Shown: positions 10,245-21,453 of the stretch, in pieces
Layout: each line of letters begins with the position of its first letter
Position numbering within the stretch: position 1 is the stretch's first letter
DNA from: a virus
Length of the DNA: 64,000 nucleotides
Strand: one strand, 5' to 3'
IMG/VR virus record: IMGVR_UViG_3300008448_000038
Location: 17,199-81,198 of that record
Notes under the pieces: generated by a model
The model's database searches: none
Seen by the model: only the letters and a program-made list of their open reading frames with translations
What the model was told of the DNA's origin: nothing
Made by a program: the position numbers and the translations under genes

Positions 10245-13200
10245 TTCATTTTATAACGATTGCATTAAAAAGAACACGATAGCGTTTGCTTCGTTATTTA
10301 ACAATATTTACGTCAATAGAGAAGATGCATCAGATTCTAAAAAAATCAAAGTGCCACTTGTTTATGGAGGCAAAGAAAAGTATGTAAGCCGTCTTCAGAA
10401 TCCTTCTAGTATTTCTGAAAAAGATAAGCTTCAAATAACTCTACCCATGATGAGTTTTGATATGTCTAATCTGCAATATGATACGCAGAGACATAGAAAT
10501 AAACTTGAATTTAATAAATTATTTTATCAGGAAGATGGAGAGACAAAGGCTAAGGTAAAAATTGGTGAATATCCCTGCCTTATGCAATTTAATCTTGCGA
10601 TTTATACTCGTAACATTGAAGAAAACTTTCAAATCATTGAGCAGATTGCGCCATACTTTACTCCAGAATACATTCTTACTCTAGATTTTGATAAGACTTT
10701 GACTAGAGGTATTGATGTTCCGATTAATCTAGTTGCATCAAAGATCGGAAATGACTACGAAGGTGGATTCGGTAATCGTAGAGCCGTAGTTAGTACTCTA
10801 CAATTTGTTATGCGTACCTATTTGTTCGGCCCTGAGCGAGAAGCGACTCCTATTCTCACAACGGATTTTAATCTCAACACTCAGGATAGCTTTTTGCAAT
10901 TCATCACAGATGTTCAAGTCAACGATGATTTGTATCTCAATAACCAATCAATAACTGTAACTTGGAGACAGGGTGGAATATTCCCAAGAAATCCAACTAT
11001 AGTTATTACAAATCTTTCCAATTATACTGAAGAAATTATTTATGATCCAGAATCCTTTGATGTAGGTGATGGAACAAATAGTGTTACATTTGCAATTCCA
11101 GCTTCAGCTCCATTGCTACAGCAACTTTATGTTAGAATATTTTTTGGAACAGTGTCAGACAATTCAACAGCGTTTGAAGTAAGATCAGCTGCTGGAAATA
11201 TTTCTTTACTAAGATTGGCTAATTTTGCCGGAACATCATTTAATGATTTGATGTCTTCTAATCATTACTATTTTACTCAGAGTGGTGTAACACAATTTAA
11301 TCGGGGTGATAATCTTGTCTTGGCTTATAATTATGGCTCATATGGTGATCTTAACATTAAAACACCCGGATTACTTGAATATTATCGTGCATTTGGTTTA
11401 ACATTCAGAGCAAATACAATTGACAATCCACAAATTCCATTTGGTAGTGTCATACACAATGGTATGTGGGCTGGCATAAGTTATGACCAGAATAGAGTTT
11501 TACCCTGTTTACCAATTTATATGCGCCCCGGAGGAAATGTAAATTTATATGCAAATCAAGGTGATGGTGTTTTCGGCACAACACAAGGCACATTGGCGAA
11601 TAGAAGAACTAGTGAAGATATGTTCCAAGCAACATATGGTTCGCAGGCTTATTACATCAATGGATTTTGGGGATGGAATGGTACAACAAGTATTATAAGT
11701 ATTGGATCATATCCATCAGCGGGTATTACAATCGAAGCAGGATATAGCGGATATATTGTAGATAAAAATAATCAAAATAGATATCCAGATACAGGTAAAT
11801 ATTCAACAGGCGTTACCCACTCTCAAGCTCAACCATCAATAAGAACGCTTTTTGATCCAACATTTACTCAGAAATTATATCCATCTAGAGGAGCTACTGG
11901 ATTAAGATCATGGGTTATTACTGCGTTTGGTAGTAACAACCCAGCCGCAATGTTATTTGATTCTGGTATTTTTGCTGGATCAACACTACCAAACTACCCA
12001 CCGTATAGTGGTATTGATTATCTTGATTCGTTTGATAAGATGCGTTTGCCAATTTATATGGATTGTTATAATTTAGTCCATAATGGTAATACATTTTTAG
12101 TACCTTCTCCGTTTACTCCAAATCTTGTTACTGATATGTTAGGTTTTACTGCTTATGCCGCAACGGGATTTACTGGAAGAGAAAATTATGCTGGTAAATT
12201 CGGAACTACTTATGTTGGTGGATGGAATAAATTATTCGATTTTGTTTATGCTGGAAAAAACATTAATGGAGTTACTTTTGTTCCACCTACTCCATGTGTA
12301 GATATTATTTTTAATGATCATGAATTGCGGTGGGGATTGGGTTTAGGAACAGATTCTTTATTATTGTGGAAATTAATGTTGTTAGTTGATGGATTAACAA
12401 CTGCATGGATTAATAAAGTAAAACAAGATCAATTCTGGCCGCAGCTTGAAGCAAAATATGCAGAATATCCGGGATTATCTTTTGATCGTATTTTTGATGG
12501 AATGAAAAATGCATTTCTTTATGCTACCAGTGGTCCACTAAGTAAAAAAGGAATTCATGGAGGAATTCAATTTCCAATAGACGCATTACCATTACAAGAA
12601 TTTTATGATAATGAATTTAAGAAATATTGGGGTGGTTTGCAAGAAACAACCGAACGCAGAAGTCCCGGATGTAAGTTTGCTCCTGTGCATGTTAATAGAC
12701 TTCCAAGAGTAAAATCTACTGGTAGATTCCATGATGTTACTGCTCAAAGCTTTTCACAAGGAGTGACTTTACCATATGAATTGATATATCACTATCCTTA
12801 CGGTTCTCCATATACTTATACTGATTTTCAAGCTAGGTATAGAAGAACTGGATATGCACCTACACCAGTAAACGCTATTACTTTTGCATTTGTGGAAAAC
12901 GCAATTATACCTCAAAATAATCCTACTCTTGCACAGGTAAATAATGCGTCTAACAAATTAGTTCCTTGGTTTACATCAGAAAATCTCGGTCAGACGGGAA
13001 CTACTTTTATCTGTGGTATTTCATACAATCCACAATATTTCGAAACAAGCAATTCAGTTCCTACAATTGGGGATGGAACATTAGTAACATTCTTTGGCGA
13101 GTATTATGATCCTACTCAAAGACCATTTGCGGGTACAAGACTATCCGAAAAATATGAGCCATTCCTCGCTATGAAGGATGAATCTAGAATTATTCGTGGA

Positions 13201-14292
13201 ATTATAGAAGAAAATATGAACCATGGAGTTTCTGGAATTTTTATTTATAACAATATCCAATTCAACAGAGTTTCATATCACATTCCTCACGGTTATGAGA
13301 ATAGTTGGTTTATGGATTTTATTCCATCTTCTGCTAATAATAATGCTGAAGGATTTACTTATACAGATCCAGCAATATTTTCAAAAACAAATTTTACAGC
13401 TAATCCAAGAACAAATCCAAATTATCAACCAATTAATTTTTATCACTCATATAATGAAAATATCTTTATATCGAAATTATTGACCAATTTACCCCTTAAC
13501 ATCCTCAATCAATCAGTTATTTTCCAAGGACCTATAACAAATGAAAATGATGGAAGTGCTGGTTACTATGGAATTCATCCTAAAACATGGAATAATTTCA
13601 AGTATAATGATGAAATACTTTTGAATCATATTTTGTGGGACATGGAAGTAGCAACTCATGGAAGAACATATGAATATCTTTCAAGTTCAGACGATATAAA
13701 CATTGCAGAGAGTTTACGGGTTGAAGTCGGAGGATTTAATATATCTAAATTGAATCCAGCACTATTAAGCAAAGTAAGATTGTTAGCTACAAACGCATCA
13801 GACCAAAATCTTATATTGCATAGAATAACCCTACCAATCCCATATATTTTAACTTCTGATTATGGAAGACCAGATCAAGACACTTATTATGATAATTGGT
13901 ATAATAATCATTTTGCCGAGAATGTTTTGGCAACAAGCGTTGATCCTCAAACAGGTAATACCCTTGATAATATCAACCTTATAACCACGGGAAATAGAGA
14001 TTTGGATTTTTATACTAAATCAGTAGTAACTGAAAGTAATGGAACCCACTCATGGAGAACTTTAAGAACAAATCCAAATATTAGAAGATTTAGTGTAAAT
14101 GTTTTTGCTGGCAATACACTGGTAGGCAATTTAATTCCAAGTAAATATTACCCCATGGGAGTTTGGCTAATAACAGATGAAGTTTCTATTCTCGCTGATG
14201 GAACCACATTCAACAATTACAATTTACGTTTTGAATATCAAGATGCTGGTCCAATGGCAGATGGAATTACTACTGCACCTTATAGAACATGA
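10237..14292 (+). CDS. gp15: Tail terminator/sheath stabiliser gp15 (first ~215 aa) fused to a ~1130-aa extension
   Basis: FYNDCIKK..IAFASLFNNI, KVPLVYGGKEK, LPMMSFDM..LQYD..R, QIIEQIAPYFTP, YEGGF..RR, YLFGP; the frame continues without a stop to 1351 aa. Confidence 0.88.
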   Translation: MFDSFYNDCIKKNTIAFASLFNNIYVNREDASDSKKIKVPLVYGGKEKYVSRLQNPSSISEKDKLQITLPMMSFDMSNLQYDTQRHRNKLEFNKLFYQEDGETKAKVKIGEYPCLMQFNLAIYTRNIEENFQIIEQIAPYFTPEYILTLDFDKTLTRGIDVPINLVASKIGNDYEGGFGNRRAVVSTLQFVMRTYLFGPEREATPILTTDFNLNTQDSFLQFITDVQVNDDLYLNNQSITVTWRQGGIFPRNPTIVITNLSNYTEEIIYDPESFDVGDGTNSVTFAIPASAPLLQQLYVRIFFGTVSDNSTAFEVRSAAGNISLLRLANFAGTSFNDLMSSNHYYFTQSGVTQFNRGDNLVLAYNYGSYGDLNIKTPGLLEYYRAFGLTFRANTIDNPQIPFGSVIHNGMWAGISYDQNRVLPCLPIYMRPGGNVNLYANQGDGVFGTTQGTLANRRTSEDMFQATYGSQAYYINGFWGWNGTTSIISIGSYPSAGITIEAGYSGYIVDKNNQNRYPDTGKYSTGVTHSQAQPSIRTLFDPTFTQKLYPSRGATGLRSWVITAFGSNNPAAMLFDSGIFAGSTLPNYPPYSGIDYLDSFDKMRLPIYMDCYNLVHNGNTFLVPSPFTPNLVTDMLGFTAYAATGFTGRENYAGKFGTTYVGGWNKLFDFVYAGKNINGVTFVPPTPCVDIIFNDHELRWGLGLGTDSLLLWKLMLLVDGLTTAWINKVKQDQFWPQLEAKYAEYPGLSFDRIFDGMKNAFLYATSGPLSKKGIHGGIQFPIDALPLQEFYDNEFKKYWGGLQETTERRSPGCKFAPVHVNRLPRVKSTGRFHDVTAQSFSQGVTLPYELIYHYPYGSPYTYTDFQARYRRTGYAPTPVNAITFAFVENAIIPQNNPTLAQVNNASNKLVPWFTSENLGQTGTTFICGISYNPQYFETSNSVPTIGDGTLVTFFGEYYDPTQRPFAGTRLSEKYEPFLAMKDESRIIRGIIEENMNHGVSGIFIYNNIQFNRVSYHIPHGYENSWFMDFIPSSANNNAEGFTYTDPAIFSKTNFTANPRTNPNYQPINFYHSYNENIFISKLLTNLPLNILNQSVIFQGPITNENDGSAGYYGIHPKTWNNFKYNDEILLNHILWDMEVATHGRTYEYLSSSDDINIAESLRVEVGGFNISKLNPALLSKVRLLATNASDQNLILHRITLPIPYILTSDYGRPDQDTYYDNWYNNHFAENVLATSVDPQTGNTLDNINLITTGNRDLDFYTKSVVTESNGTHSWRTLRTNPNIRRFSVNVFAGNTLVGNLIPSKYYPMGVWLITDEVSILADGTTFNNYNLRFEYQDAGPMADGITTAPYRT

Positions 14293-15926
14293 GCAAAAAA
14301 CATAAAGGTTATCTGGGTAATTCGAACCTCAAAGAGGCCGGAATCCATATTGATTATACCCCCGAGCAAGTTCAGGAGTATATTAAATGTGCCAAAGATC
14401 CCATTTATTTCATCAAGAATTATATCAAAATTGTCTCTCTTGATAAGGGTTTAGTGCCTTTTAATCTTTATGATTATCAGGAAGATATCGTTCAAAAAAT
14501 GCATGATAACAGATTTATCATCGCAAAACTTCCTCGCCAGTCGGGTAAGTCTACCACAATGGTATCATACATTCTACATTATATTCTGTTCAATCAGAGT
14601 ATGAATGTAGCTATTCTAGCCAATAAAGGATCTACTGCCAGAGAAATTTTAAGCAGACTTCAATTGGCATATGAATATCTTCCTAAATGGTTGCAGCAGG
14701 GCGTGGTGGAATGGAATAAAGGATCGTTAAAGTTAGAAAACGGATCTAAAATTATCGCATCAACTACCTCAGCCTCCGCGATTCGTGGTGGATCATTTAA
14801 CATGATCTTTTTGGACGAATTTGCTCACGTTCCAAATAATGTTGCCGAAGAATTCTTTAGTTCAGTATTCCCAACCGTAACATCAGGCCAAACAACAAAG
14901 GTATTGATGGTTAGTACTCCAAACGGTATGAACATGTTCTACCACTTCTGGAAGAATGCTATTAAGAAGGACGGGGAGCCGGGTAAGAACGAATATGTGC
15001 CCATTGAGGTCAACTGGAGGCAGATACCCCTGTATCCGGGTGGACCCATGAGAGGGGCTGAATGGCGGCAGCAAATGATCGATCAGACTAGCGAGATGCA
15101 GTTTGAAAGTGAATTTGAATGCTCATTCTTGGGTTCTTCAAATACCCTTATCTCGACATATAAACTCAATACGCTAGTTTATAATCAGCCATACGAACGC
15201 AGACCCGGGGGATTGAGTATTTACAAGCCACCAAATGAGGATGGAATTTACTTCTGCGTAGTAGATACTTCTAGAGGTCAGGGACATGACTATAGCGCAT
15301 TTGTAATCATTGACGGAAACACAAAGCCGTTTGAGGTAGTAGCGGTCTATAGAAACAATGTCATCTCCCCATTTGACTTTCCCATTGAGGTCTATAATGC
15401 CTGCACAGAGTATGGCAATGCCCATTGCTTGGTCGAAATCAACGATGTTGGTTCCCAAGTAACTGAGATTTTACATAGAGATTATGAGTATGAAAATTTG
15501 ATTTCGACTCAATACATGGGTAGGGCTGGTCAAAAAATTTCATTAGGATTCGGTAGGGGTCAAAAGCAATTTGGTGTTAGAACCAGCACTGCTCTTAAAA
15601 AGATCGGGTGTGCTGCCCTCAAGAATCTAGTTGAATGCGATAAACTGGTATTTTTTGATCAGGACATGGTTTCTGAGCTTTATACTTTTATTTCAAAGGC
15701 AAATTCTTATCAGGCTGATGATGGCTATAACGATGACTTAGTTATGTGCTTAGTATTATTTGGTTGGCTTACTAGACAAGTTTACTTTGAAGATTTGCTG
15801 GATTTAAAGAATAAGAAAATAATAAATACAGATGAACAACAACAAGAAAATCATATGTTCGTTGCAGATATGGATGACAGGGAAGAGATGAAATTTGGTG
15901 GCGACTTATGGTTTGAGGTAAAATAA
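14289..15926 (+). CDS. gp17: Terminase large subunit gp17
   Basis: YLGNSNLK, Walker A PRQSGKST, LDEFAHV, STPNGMN, DDLVM. Confidence 0.97.
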   Translation: MSKKHKGYLGNSNLKEAGIHIDYTPEQVQEYIKCAKDPIYFIKNYIKIVSLDKGLVPFNLYDYQEDIVQKMHDNRFIIAKLPRQSGKSTTMVSYILHYILFNQSMNVAILANKGSTAREILSRLQLAYEYLPKWLQQGVVEWNKGSLKLENGSKIIASTTSASAIRGGSFNMIFLDEFAHVPNNVAEEFFSSVFPTVTSGQTTKVLMVSTPNGMNMFYHFWKNAIKKDGEPGKNEYVPIEVNWRQIPLYPGGPMRGAEWRQQMIDQTSEMQFESEFECSFLGSSNTLISTYKLNTLVYNQPYERRPGGLSIYKPPNEDGIYFCVVDTSRGQGHDYSAFVIIDGNTKPFEVVAVYRNNVISPFDFPIEVYNACTEYGNAHCLVEINDVGSQVTEILHRDYEYENLISTQYMGRAGQKISLGFGRGQKQFGVRTSTALKKIGCAALKNLVECDKLVFFDQDMVSELYTFISKANSYQADDGYNDDLVMCLVLFGWLTRQVYFEDLLDLKNKKIINTDEQQQENHMFVADMDDREEMKFGGDLWFEVK

Positions 15927-18900
15927 ATGGCTGAATTAACACACTCTCATAATATTAGCGGAACTCTTATAGGCCTGACTCCCGGAAGTGCCCCTTTAAC
16001 TGTCGGTTTAACCTTTTCTGTTGATGGTGTGTCTTTTTCTTCAGTTATTTTTGACATTCTTATCTCAAATGCCACGTTTGATTTTTCTATTCCTTACACT
16101 TCTATTGATGATTTAAGGGCAGATAATGTTTCTTCAGAATTTGTGGTAGCAAATAATTCAAATGGACTTGTTGTCAGTAATACTGGTACTACATGGAACC
16201 ATTTTATTGGAATTACATTATTTTCACCTCAATCAAATGTATTTAATGGTGGACTTGCCAATCAAATACTTAATCAAGATTTACATTATCGATCAAGAAA
16301 TACATTTACTTTAAAATATGGAGCATTTGGTCAAACTGGATCTGGTGCAATAGGTGAAGTAGCATCATCAACTAGGGGCGAAACGCTTTCATTTAGACCA
16401 TTTAATATTGTTTCGGCTACAAATGGAGTTGCAGGATCCACCCTCGGATTAACTTTAGAATCTGCTAATATTCAAAGATATTATGTTGGTATAGGAACTG
16501 GAGCAACTTTTTATGGTATTGTTTCATTACTTGGGTGTACTAATAATATTTCTTTAAATTCTTCTAATTTAACATCTACACAAATTTCAGAAATAAATGC
16601 TGATTATTTAGATCCTAATATTTCTGGAAGCGATGCAAAATTTAATACTCTTCGAAGAATCGTTGATACTTCTGGTGCAACAATATTCAATACTTCTTTT
16701 ACAGAATTTGTAGTTCCAAAACATATTCCGACTGGAAGTTATTATTTAATGCCAATTCCAAATTCATTTTTTGGATTACCAGTATTTTCTTCTGATGAAC
16801 CCCTTACTAATGTTTCGGCAAATTTAATTACTTTACCACAAACAAATATTAATATTACAAATAATATTTCTTCTGGGTTAACTGGAGTTTATAGTTTATC
16901 TTCCGGTGTGACCCATTTTACAAATCCGTTTTCATCAAGAGTACCTATTTTATCTAAAGGCTTTTCTAATGTAGATTTTGCCGATAAAACTTTATCGGTT
17001 TTTGATCCAATAACATTTAATTTGGTAGCAACACCATATGGTATTACGAACAATTTAACAGGAAATACATTTCACAAATTAGATTATGGTTTTAACACTA
17101 GAGGTACAACATTATATGGAGGTGGTGCTGTTAGTAATATTTCATTCATACCACCATTATTTGGGTTTATTCCTCTGGGATTAACAGTTGGAAACACTTT
17201 AACTGTATTATTAGATGGTGTAACTTTTTACGAAAAAGTTTATAATCCATACAATATTATTTTTAATACAGATACTGTGGCTCATTTTTATACAACTGAT
17301 TCACAAATAGCTACCAATAAAAGATTTTTTAGATTAATAAACGAATCTGGTGATTTATCTGCTAGAAGAAATTTAAATCATATCAACAGAGCTTTTTATA
17401 GAGTAGATTTTAATACTCATTCCAACCCGTGGGGATTTACCGGATTTACTTTTGGTCAGGGATCTACACAAAGTGAATTAAAAGTATTTTATGGCAATCC
17501 AGCAAATGGTATATCATTTATTTTACCAATAAATACAGGTTCTCCCGCAGATTTTTATTCATTGACCGGAGATGACGTTTTTATTCCAATTCAGGGTACC
17601 GCTAGCGGGTCTACGCTAGTGCCCGGAAATTCTGTTGAAATACACTATCAAAATAGACCACTTGGATATTTAGAAAAATTAAATTTATATGATGCATCTG
17701 GTAATTTTGCTTTAGGAATTACTATTGCTGATAACAGAACATTTATTCCTAGAAATACAACTGAAATAGGATTTATAAGAAAAACTTTTGATCAATCAAA
17801 TATTGAAACCTTTGTTGTTCCAAATTTAAATAGTGTTGGATCTACAGGAACTGCAAGAATTTCATTTACAAGAGGGGATGGTATAAGTTTTGAATTTGGC
17901 TCAACTCCGATTACAACTCCATTTAGAACATTTTCACCTATTCATACAGTAGGAAATATTTCTGGACTGACGTTAATAGCAACTGGTGTCACACAACAAC
18001 AAGGCAATCCAGTAAACTTTACGAGATTTATTGCTCCCGCTGTTGATTTAATGAGAATAACTGTAAATCACGGTCTAACAAATCTTGAGTCTGGAATAGT
18101 TGGAAGAAATAATATCCATAGCAGATATTATATGCAATCAAACGTAGATAATTTTTTACCAGATGGTACGTTCTATACAGGCTATCTGAGTTTTATAATT
18201 GATTCTGTTGGTCCAGAAAATGTTGTAAATAATAGTATTAATGTTACAAATCGAACTTTACGCTCTTTTAGAGAATCGGCTTTAGAACGTGCTAATACTT
18301 TAAATACTATAAATGGTATTTCTTTAAGTATTCCTTTGAGGAATTTTGAAGGAGTTATTACTGAAGGTTGGCCATTCGATACAATTGAGGGTAATAGTTC
18401 ATTAACTCAATTGATGAACTATTTTAATGGTCCCCCCTTGACCGAGGCTCAATTATCAGCAGTTTTTGACGACTTTAACTATCCTCAATATGATACTGGT
18501 TTTACACTTATGTTTGATCAGGGTGACAATCCACCAGAGACTTTCAATGGGGGAGAATGGGTTCTTGCTAATCCCGGATCGTTTTTAAGATATTCCGGCG
18601 GTAGTACCTTCTTCCCATCAACCGCATTTAGTTTTGCCGATACTACAATTAGTTTCCCTCATTATATTTTCTATGATTATAGAATTACAGGTGTAACGTT
18701 ATCATCAACATCTTCAATACAAGCACAGCAATCACTAACAACGACAATAACTGTAAAAGATTTGCCACACTCATCAATTTTTGATGGGTTACGATTATCG
18801 GTTCTAAATGGGGCTTCTGAACTATTTACCAAAAATTTATTATACTCAACTTCTAGTACCAATGACTATAGAATACCGGGTTACTCAGGTCTGGGTATTA

Positions 18901-20309
18901 CAAATTATGCTGCTTATTATACAGCCACTCCAAGAGCCATAACTAGTATTTTTGTTGGTAGTGGATCGACATTAGGTGGAATAACAATAACACCCCCAAC
19001 AACTGGATGGCCTGCGTCCGCAACTCTTACTGTAAGAGTAAGCCCAATATTTAAATCATTCATTAATATAACAAGTGATTTAGATACATTGAGAACTAAT
19101 TCTTATGTTAGAGAGACATCTTTTACCACTGCCGCTCAAACAACAACAGGTGGCGGTGGTGGTGGATCATCTAGCGGTTCAGTAAGCGTATCCGAATCTG
19201 TGGTTACTGGAGTAGCATTTACCTCGACTGAAAATGATTTCTATGCTGGATTCCTATGCGGAACAACTGCATATAACATTATCACTAACAACAGCACTGC
19301 TTCATATTCAGTACTCACAAGCAGCAGCACAGCCTACGCGAATGCTAAAGCTGCGTTTGATGCTGGGACATTGACAGCAAATACTTCAACAGATGTCGAA
19401 ATTCATTCTCTTCTTAACTTCATGGATTACGGCGGAAACATCATTGTCTCCCCAACTATCGATGGACTGTTGGGAAGCAACTACGAATATGACATTGTAT
19501 TCACCGAAGATAACAAGAGATATGGCGAATTGATGCGTATCGGTTCCGAAAAGAACCACGCAATTGTTATTGTCGGTACATCTCTTGAGGAGGACGCAGC
19601 CTCGTTTGCAGCTCCAGCCTATACGAATCTAAATTCCGCAGGGCTTGTTGATGGATTGACCTATATGACAACTGCAAATAAGGGTGAATATGTGTTCTCA
19701 GTACTTGGCTACAAGAATAGAACTCGCTTCTATGGCTCTGGAACTGAGACTGTTCGCTTGTATCTCTCGTCAGATGTTGCAGGCGCATATGCTCGCTCAT
19801 ACGTCGAGAATAAGTACCATCTGTCAAGCTCTGGTTCGGCAAGAGGTGGAATTAGAACATATTCAAACATCACTCCAACTATAGTAGATCGTGATCTCTC
19901 TGGTTATTACACCAGAGGAATAAATCCAATCTACATCCCAAGCGGTACAAATAGAGCCGCAATTTGGGGAGATGCTACTGGTATAACTACAGGAAATGAA
20001 GTGTATAGAAAGTCAGCTTCTGTCTCTAAGAACACTAGCACAATCAAGAAAGAATTTAAGAAGATCTTTGAGGACTTCCAATTCGAACAAAATAATGCTG
20101 GTACAAGAGCACAGTTTGTTTCAAGAGCAACTACTGTTCTTGATAAGTTACAATCAATCGGAGGCCTTGCTTCTTATATCCTAATTTGTAACGAAACAAA
20201 CAATACTCCATCTGTAGTTGCTCAGAAGAGATTGGTTGTTGACTTGACAATAGTACCAAATAATTCGATTGAATCAATAGTGTTGAATTTCGTTCTTAAT
20301 CAAATCTAA
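15927..20309 (+). CDS. gp18: Tail sheath paralog 1: C-terminal gp18-like core fused to a ~1080-aa N-terminal extension
   Basis: After the TTTGGGGGGSSSG linker: HSLLNFMDYGG, SSDVAG, RGINPI, IWGD, FQFEQNNAGTR, ICNETNNTP, DLTIVPNNSIESIVLNF. Confidence 0.85.
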   Translation: MAELTHSHNISGTLIGLTPGSAPLTVGLTFSVDGVSFSSVIFDILISNATFDFSIPYTSIDDLRADNVSSEFVVANNSNGLVVSNTGTTWNHFIGITLFSPQSNVFNGGLANQILNQDLHYRSRNTFTLKYGAFGQTGSGAIGEVASSTRGETLSFRPFNIVSATNGVAGSTLGLTLESANIQRYYVGIGTGATFYGIVSLLGCTNNISLNSSNLTSTQISEINADYLDPNISGSDAKFNTLRRIVDTSGATIFNTSFTEFVVPKHIPTGSYYLMPIPNSFFGLPVFSSDEPLTNVSANLITLPQTNINITNNISSGLTGVYSLSSGVTHFTNPFSSRVPILSKGFSNVDFADKTLSVFDPITFNLVATPYGITNNLTGNTFHKLDYGFNTRGTTLYGGGAVSNISFIPPLFGFIPLGLTVGNTLTVLLDGVTFYEKVYNPYNIIFNTDTVAHFYTTDSQIATNKRFFRLINESGDLSARRNLNHINRAFYRVDFNTHSNPWGFTGFTFGQGSTQSELKVFYGNPANGISFILPINTGSPADFYSLTGDDVFIPIQGTASGSTLVPGNSVEIHYQNRPLGYLEKLNLYDASGNFALGITIADNRTFIPRNTTEIGFIRKTFDQSNIETFVVPNLNSVGSTGTARISFTRGDGISFEFGSTPITTPFRTFSPIHTVGNISGLTLIATGVTQQQGNPVNFTRFIAPAVDLMRITVNHGLTNLESGIVGRNNIHSRYYMQSNVDNFLPDGTFYTGYLSFIIDSVGPENVVNNSINVTNRTLRSFRESALERANTLNTINGISLSIPLRNFEGVITEGWPFDTIEGNSSLTQLMNYFNGPPLTEAQLSAVFDDFNYPQYDTGFTLMFDQGDNPPETFNGGEWVLANPGSFLRYSGGSTFFPSTAFSFADTTISFPHYIFYDYRITGVTLSSTSSIQAQQSLTTTITVKDLPHSSIFDGLRLSVLNGASELFTKNLLYSTSSTNDYRIPGYSGLGITNYAAYYTATPRAITSIFVGSGSTLGGITITPPTTGWPASATLTVRVSPIFKSFINITSDLDTLRTNSYVRETSFTTAAQTTTGGGGGGSSSGSVSVSESVVTGVAFTSTENDFYAGFLCGTTAYNIITNNSTASYSVLTSSSTAYANAKAAFDAGTLTANTSTDVEIHSLLNFMDYGGNIIVSPTIDGLLGSNYEYDIVFTEDNKRYGELMRIGSEKNHAIVIVGTSLEEDAASFAAPAYTNLNSAGLVDGLTYMTTANKGEYVFSVLGYKNRTRFYGSGTETVRLYLSSDVAGAYARSYVENKYHLSSSGSARGGIRTYSNITPTIVDRDLSGYYTRGINPIYIPSGTNRAAIWGDATGITTGNEVYRKSASVSKNTSTIKKEFKKIFEDFQFEQNNAGTRAQFVSRATTVLDKLQSIGGLASYILICNETNNTPSVVAQKRLVVDLTIVPNNSIESIVLNFVLNQI

Positions 20310-20315
20310 TAAATA
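20310..20315 (+). promoter_or_regulatory. Putative gp55-dependent late promoter (ATAAATA)
   Basis: TAATAAATA, 4 nt before the ATG at 20320. Confidence 0.55.
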
Positions 20316-20319
20316 GTAT

Positions 20320-21453
20320 ATGCCGATTACCACAACCACACAATCAAACACATTTAACATAACCCCAGTGTCTGCCACAGATCACTACACTGGGTTTTTG
20401 TGCTCCGCATCGACATATAATTTATTAGGAACAACTACTGATTCATTTACAAATCTTGAAACCATTTCTGATTCAATTTCCACTTTGGCTGAAAGAACAA
20501 GCTACACCAGTATTGTAACAAACAGCCTCGTTGATAAAGAAATTCATTCAATTTTTAATTGCATGGAATATGGTGGTAAAATGGTTATTGCGGGAACCAC
20601 CGCAGGGCTTGCTTTATCATCAGCCAAGATTTCAGAAGTCATTACAGAAGATTCTTCTAGATATTCAGATGTTATAAGTGTTGCAAAGGCACGACTTAAC
20701 TGCAATGCTATTATTGGATCTGATAGAGATCAATCTGGAGATTATACGAATCCAGATCAAGCCGCAATCATATCATCAGTTACAACTCAATTAGGAGCTA
20801 CTGGTACAACTGCAATTTCTTATCTTGCAGCCACAATAATTGGCTATAAGGAAAGACCAAGATTCTATACAGGCAGTTCATCATCTACAAGTGCCATTAC
20901 AATCTTCCTTGTATCTGATGCTGCCGGAGCGAACGCAAGAGCTTCTGCTCAATCAAAACCTTATCTCACTTCTGCTGGTGTTTATAGAGGCGAGCTTTTA
21001 AATTATACAAACGTAACTCCTAAGCTGTCATTTACATCATCGACTACACTGGCTTCAAGAGGAATAAATTATTTTAATTATCTTCAATCAAAGGGTAAAT
21101 ATTACCTTTGGGGAGATGAAACTGGATTCCGAGATAGCACAAGCGCAAAGAGTTCCTACGGATTCTCAAGGGCATTCCTTTATATTAATCGTGAAGTTAC
21201 ATCTATCTTGGATGATTATGTCTTTGAATTCAATGATGCTACCACTAGATCCGCCATCAAATCAAAAATGCAAAATATTCTTGATCCTATGGTTTCTAAC
21301 GGATCCTTGGTTAGCTACACTTTAATTTGCGACGAGACTAATAATCCTCAAACAGTGATCAATCAGAGACAGCTAAAGGTAGATCTAACAATAGTACCAA
21401 ATCTACCAGTTAAGAGTATTACTCTAAGCTTCAGCATATCTCTGTTGTCATGA
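20320..21453 (+). CDS. gp18: Tail sheath paralog 2 (minimal, 377 aa)
   Basis: HSIFNCMEYGG, SDAAG, RGINY, LWGDET, YVFEFNDATTR, ICDETNNP, DLTIVP. Confidence 0.85.
   Translation: MPITTTTQSNTFNITPVSATDHYTGFLCSASTYNLLGTTTDSFTNLETISDSISTLAERTSYTSIVTNSLVDKEIHSIFNCMEYGGKMVIAGTTAGLALSSAKISEVITEDSSRYSDVISVAKARLNCNAIIGSDRDQSGDYTNPDQAAIISSVTTQLGATGTTAISYLAATIIGYKERPRFYTGSSSSTSAITIFLVSDAAGANARASAQSKPYLTSAGVYRGELLNYTNVTPKLSFTSSTTLASRGINYFNYLQSKGKYYLWGDETGFRDSTSAKSSYGFSRAFLYINREVTSILDDYVFEFNDATTRSAIKSKMQNILDPMVSNGSLVSYTLICDETNNPQTVINQRQLKVDLTIVPNLPVKSITLSFSISLLS

Noticed and set aside
10237-20309. Inteins or homing endonucleases explaining the oversized gp15 and gp18
   Set aside because: The extensions are terminal rather than internal, and I saw no splice-junction, LAGLIDADG or HNH motifs.
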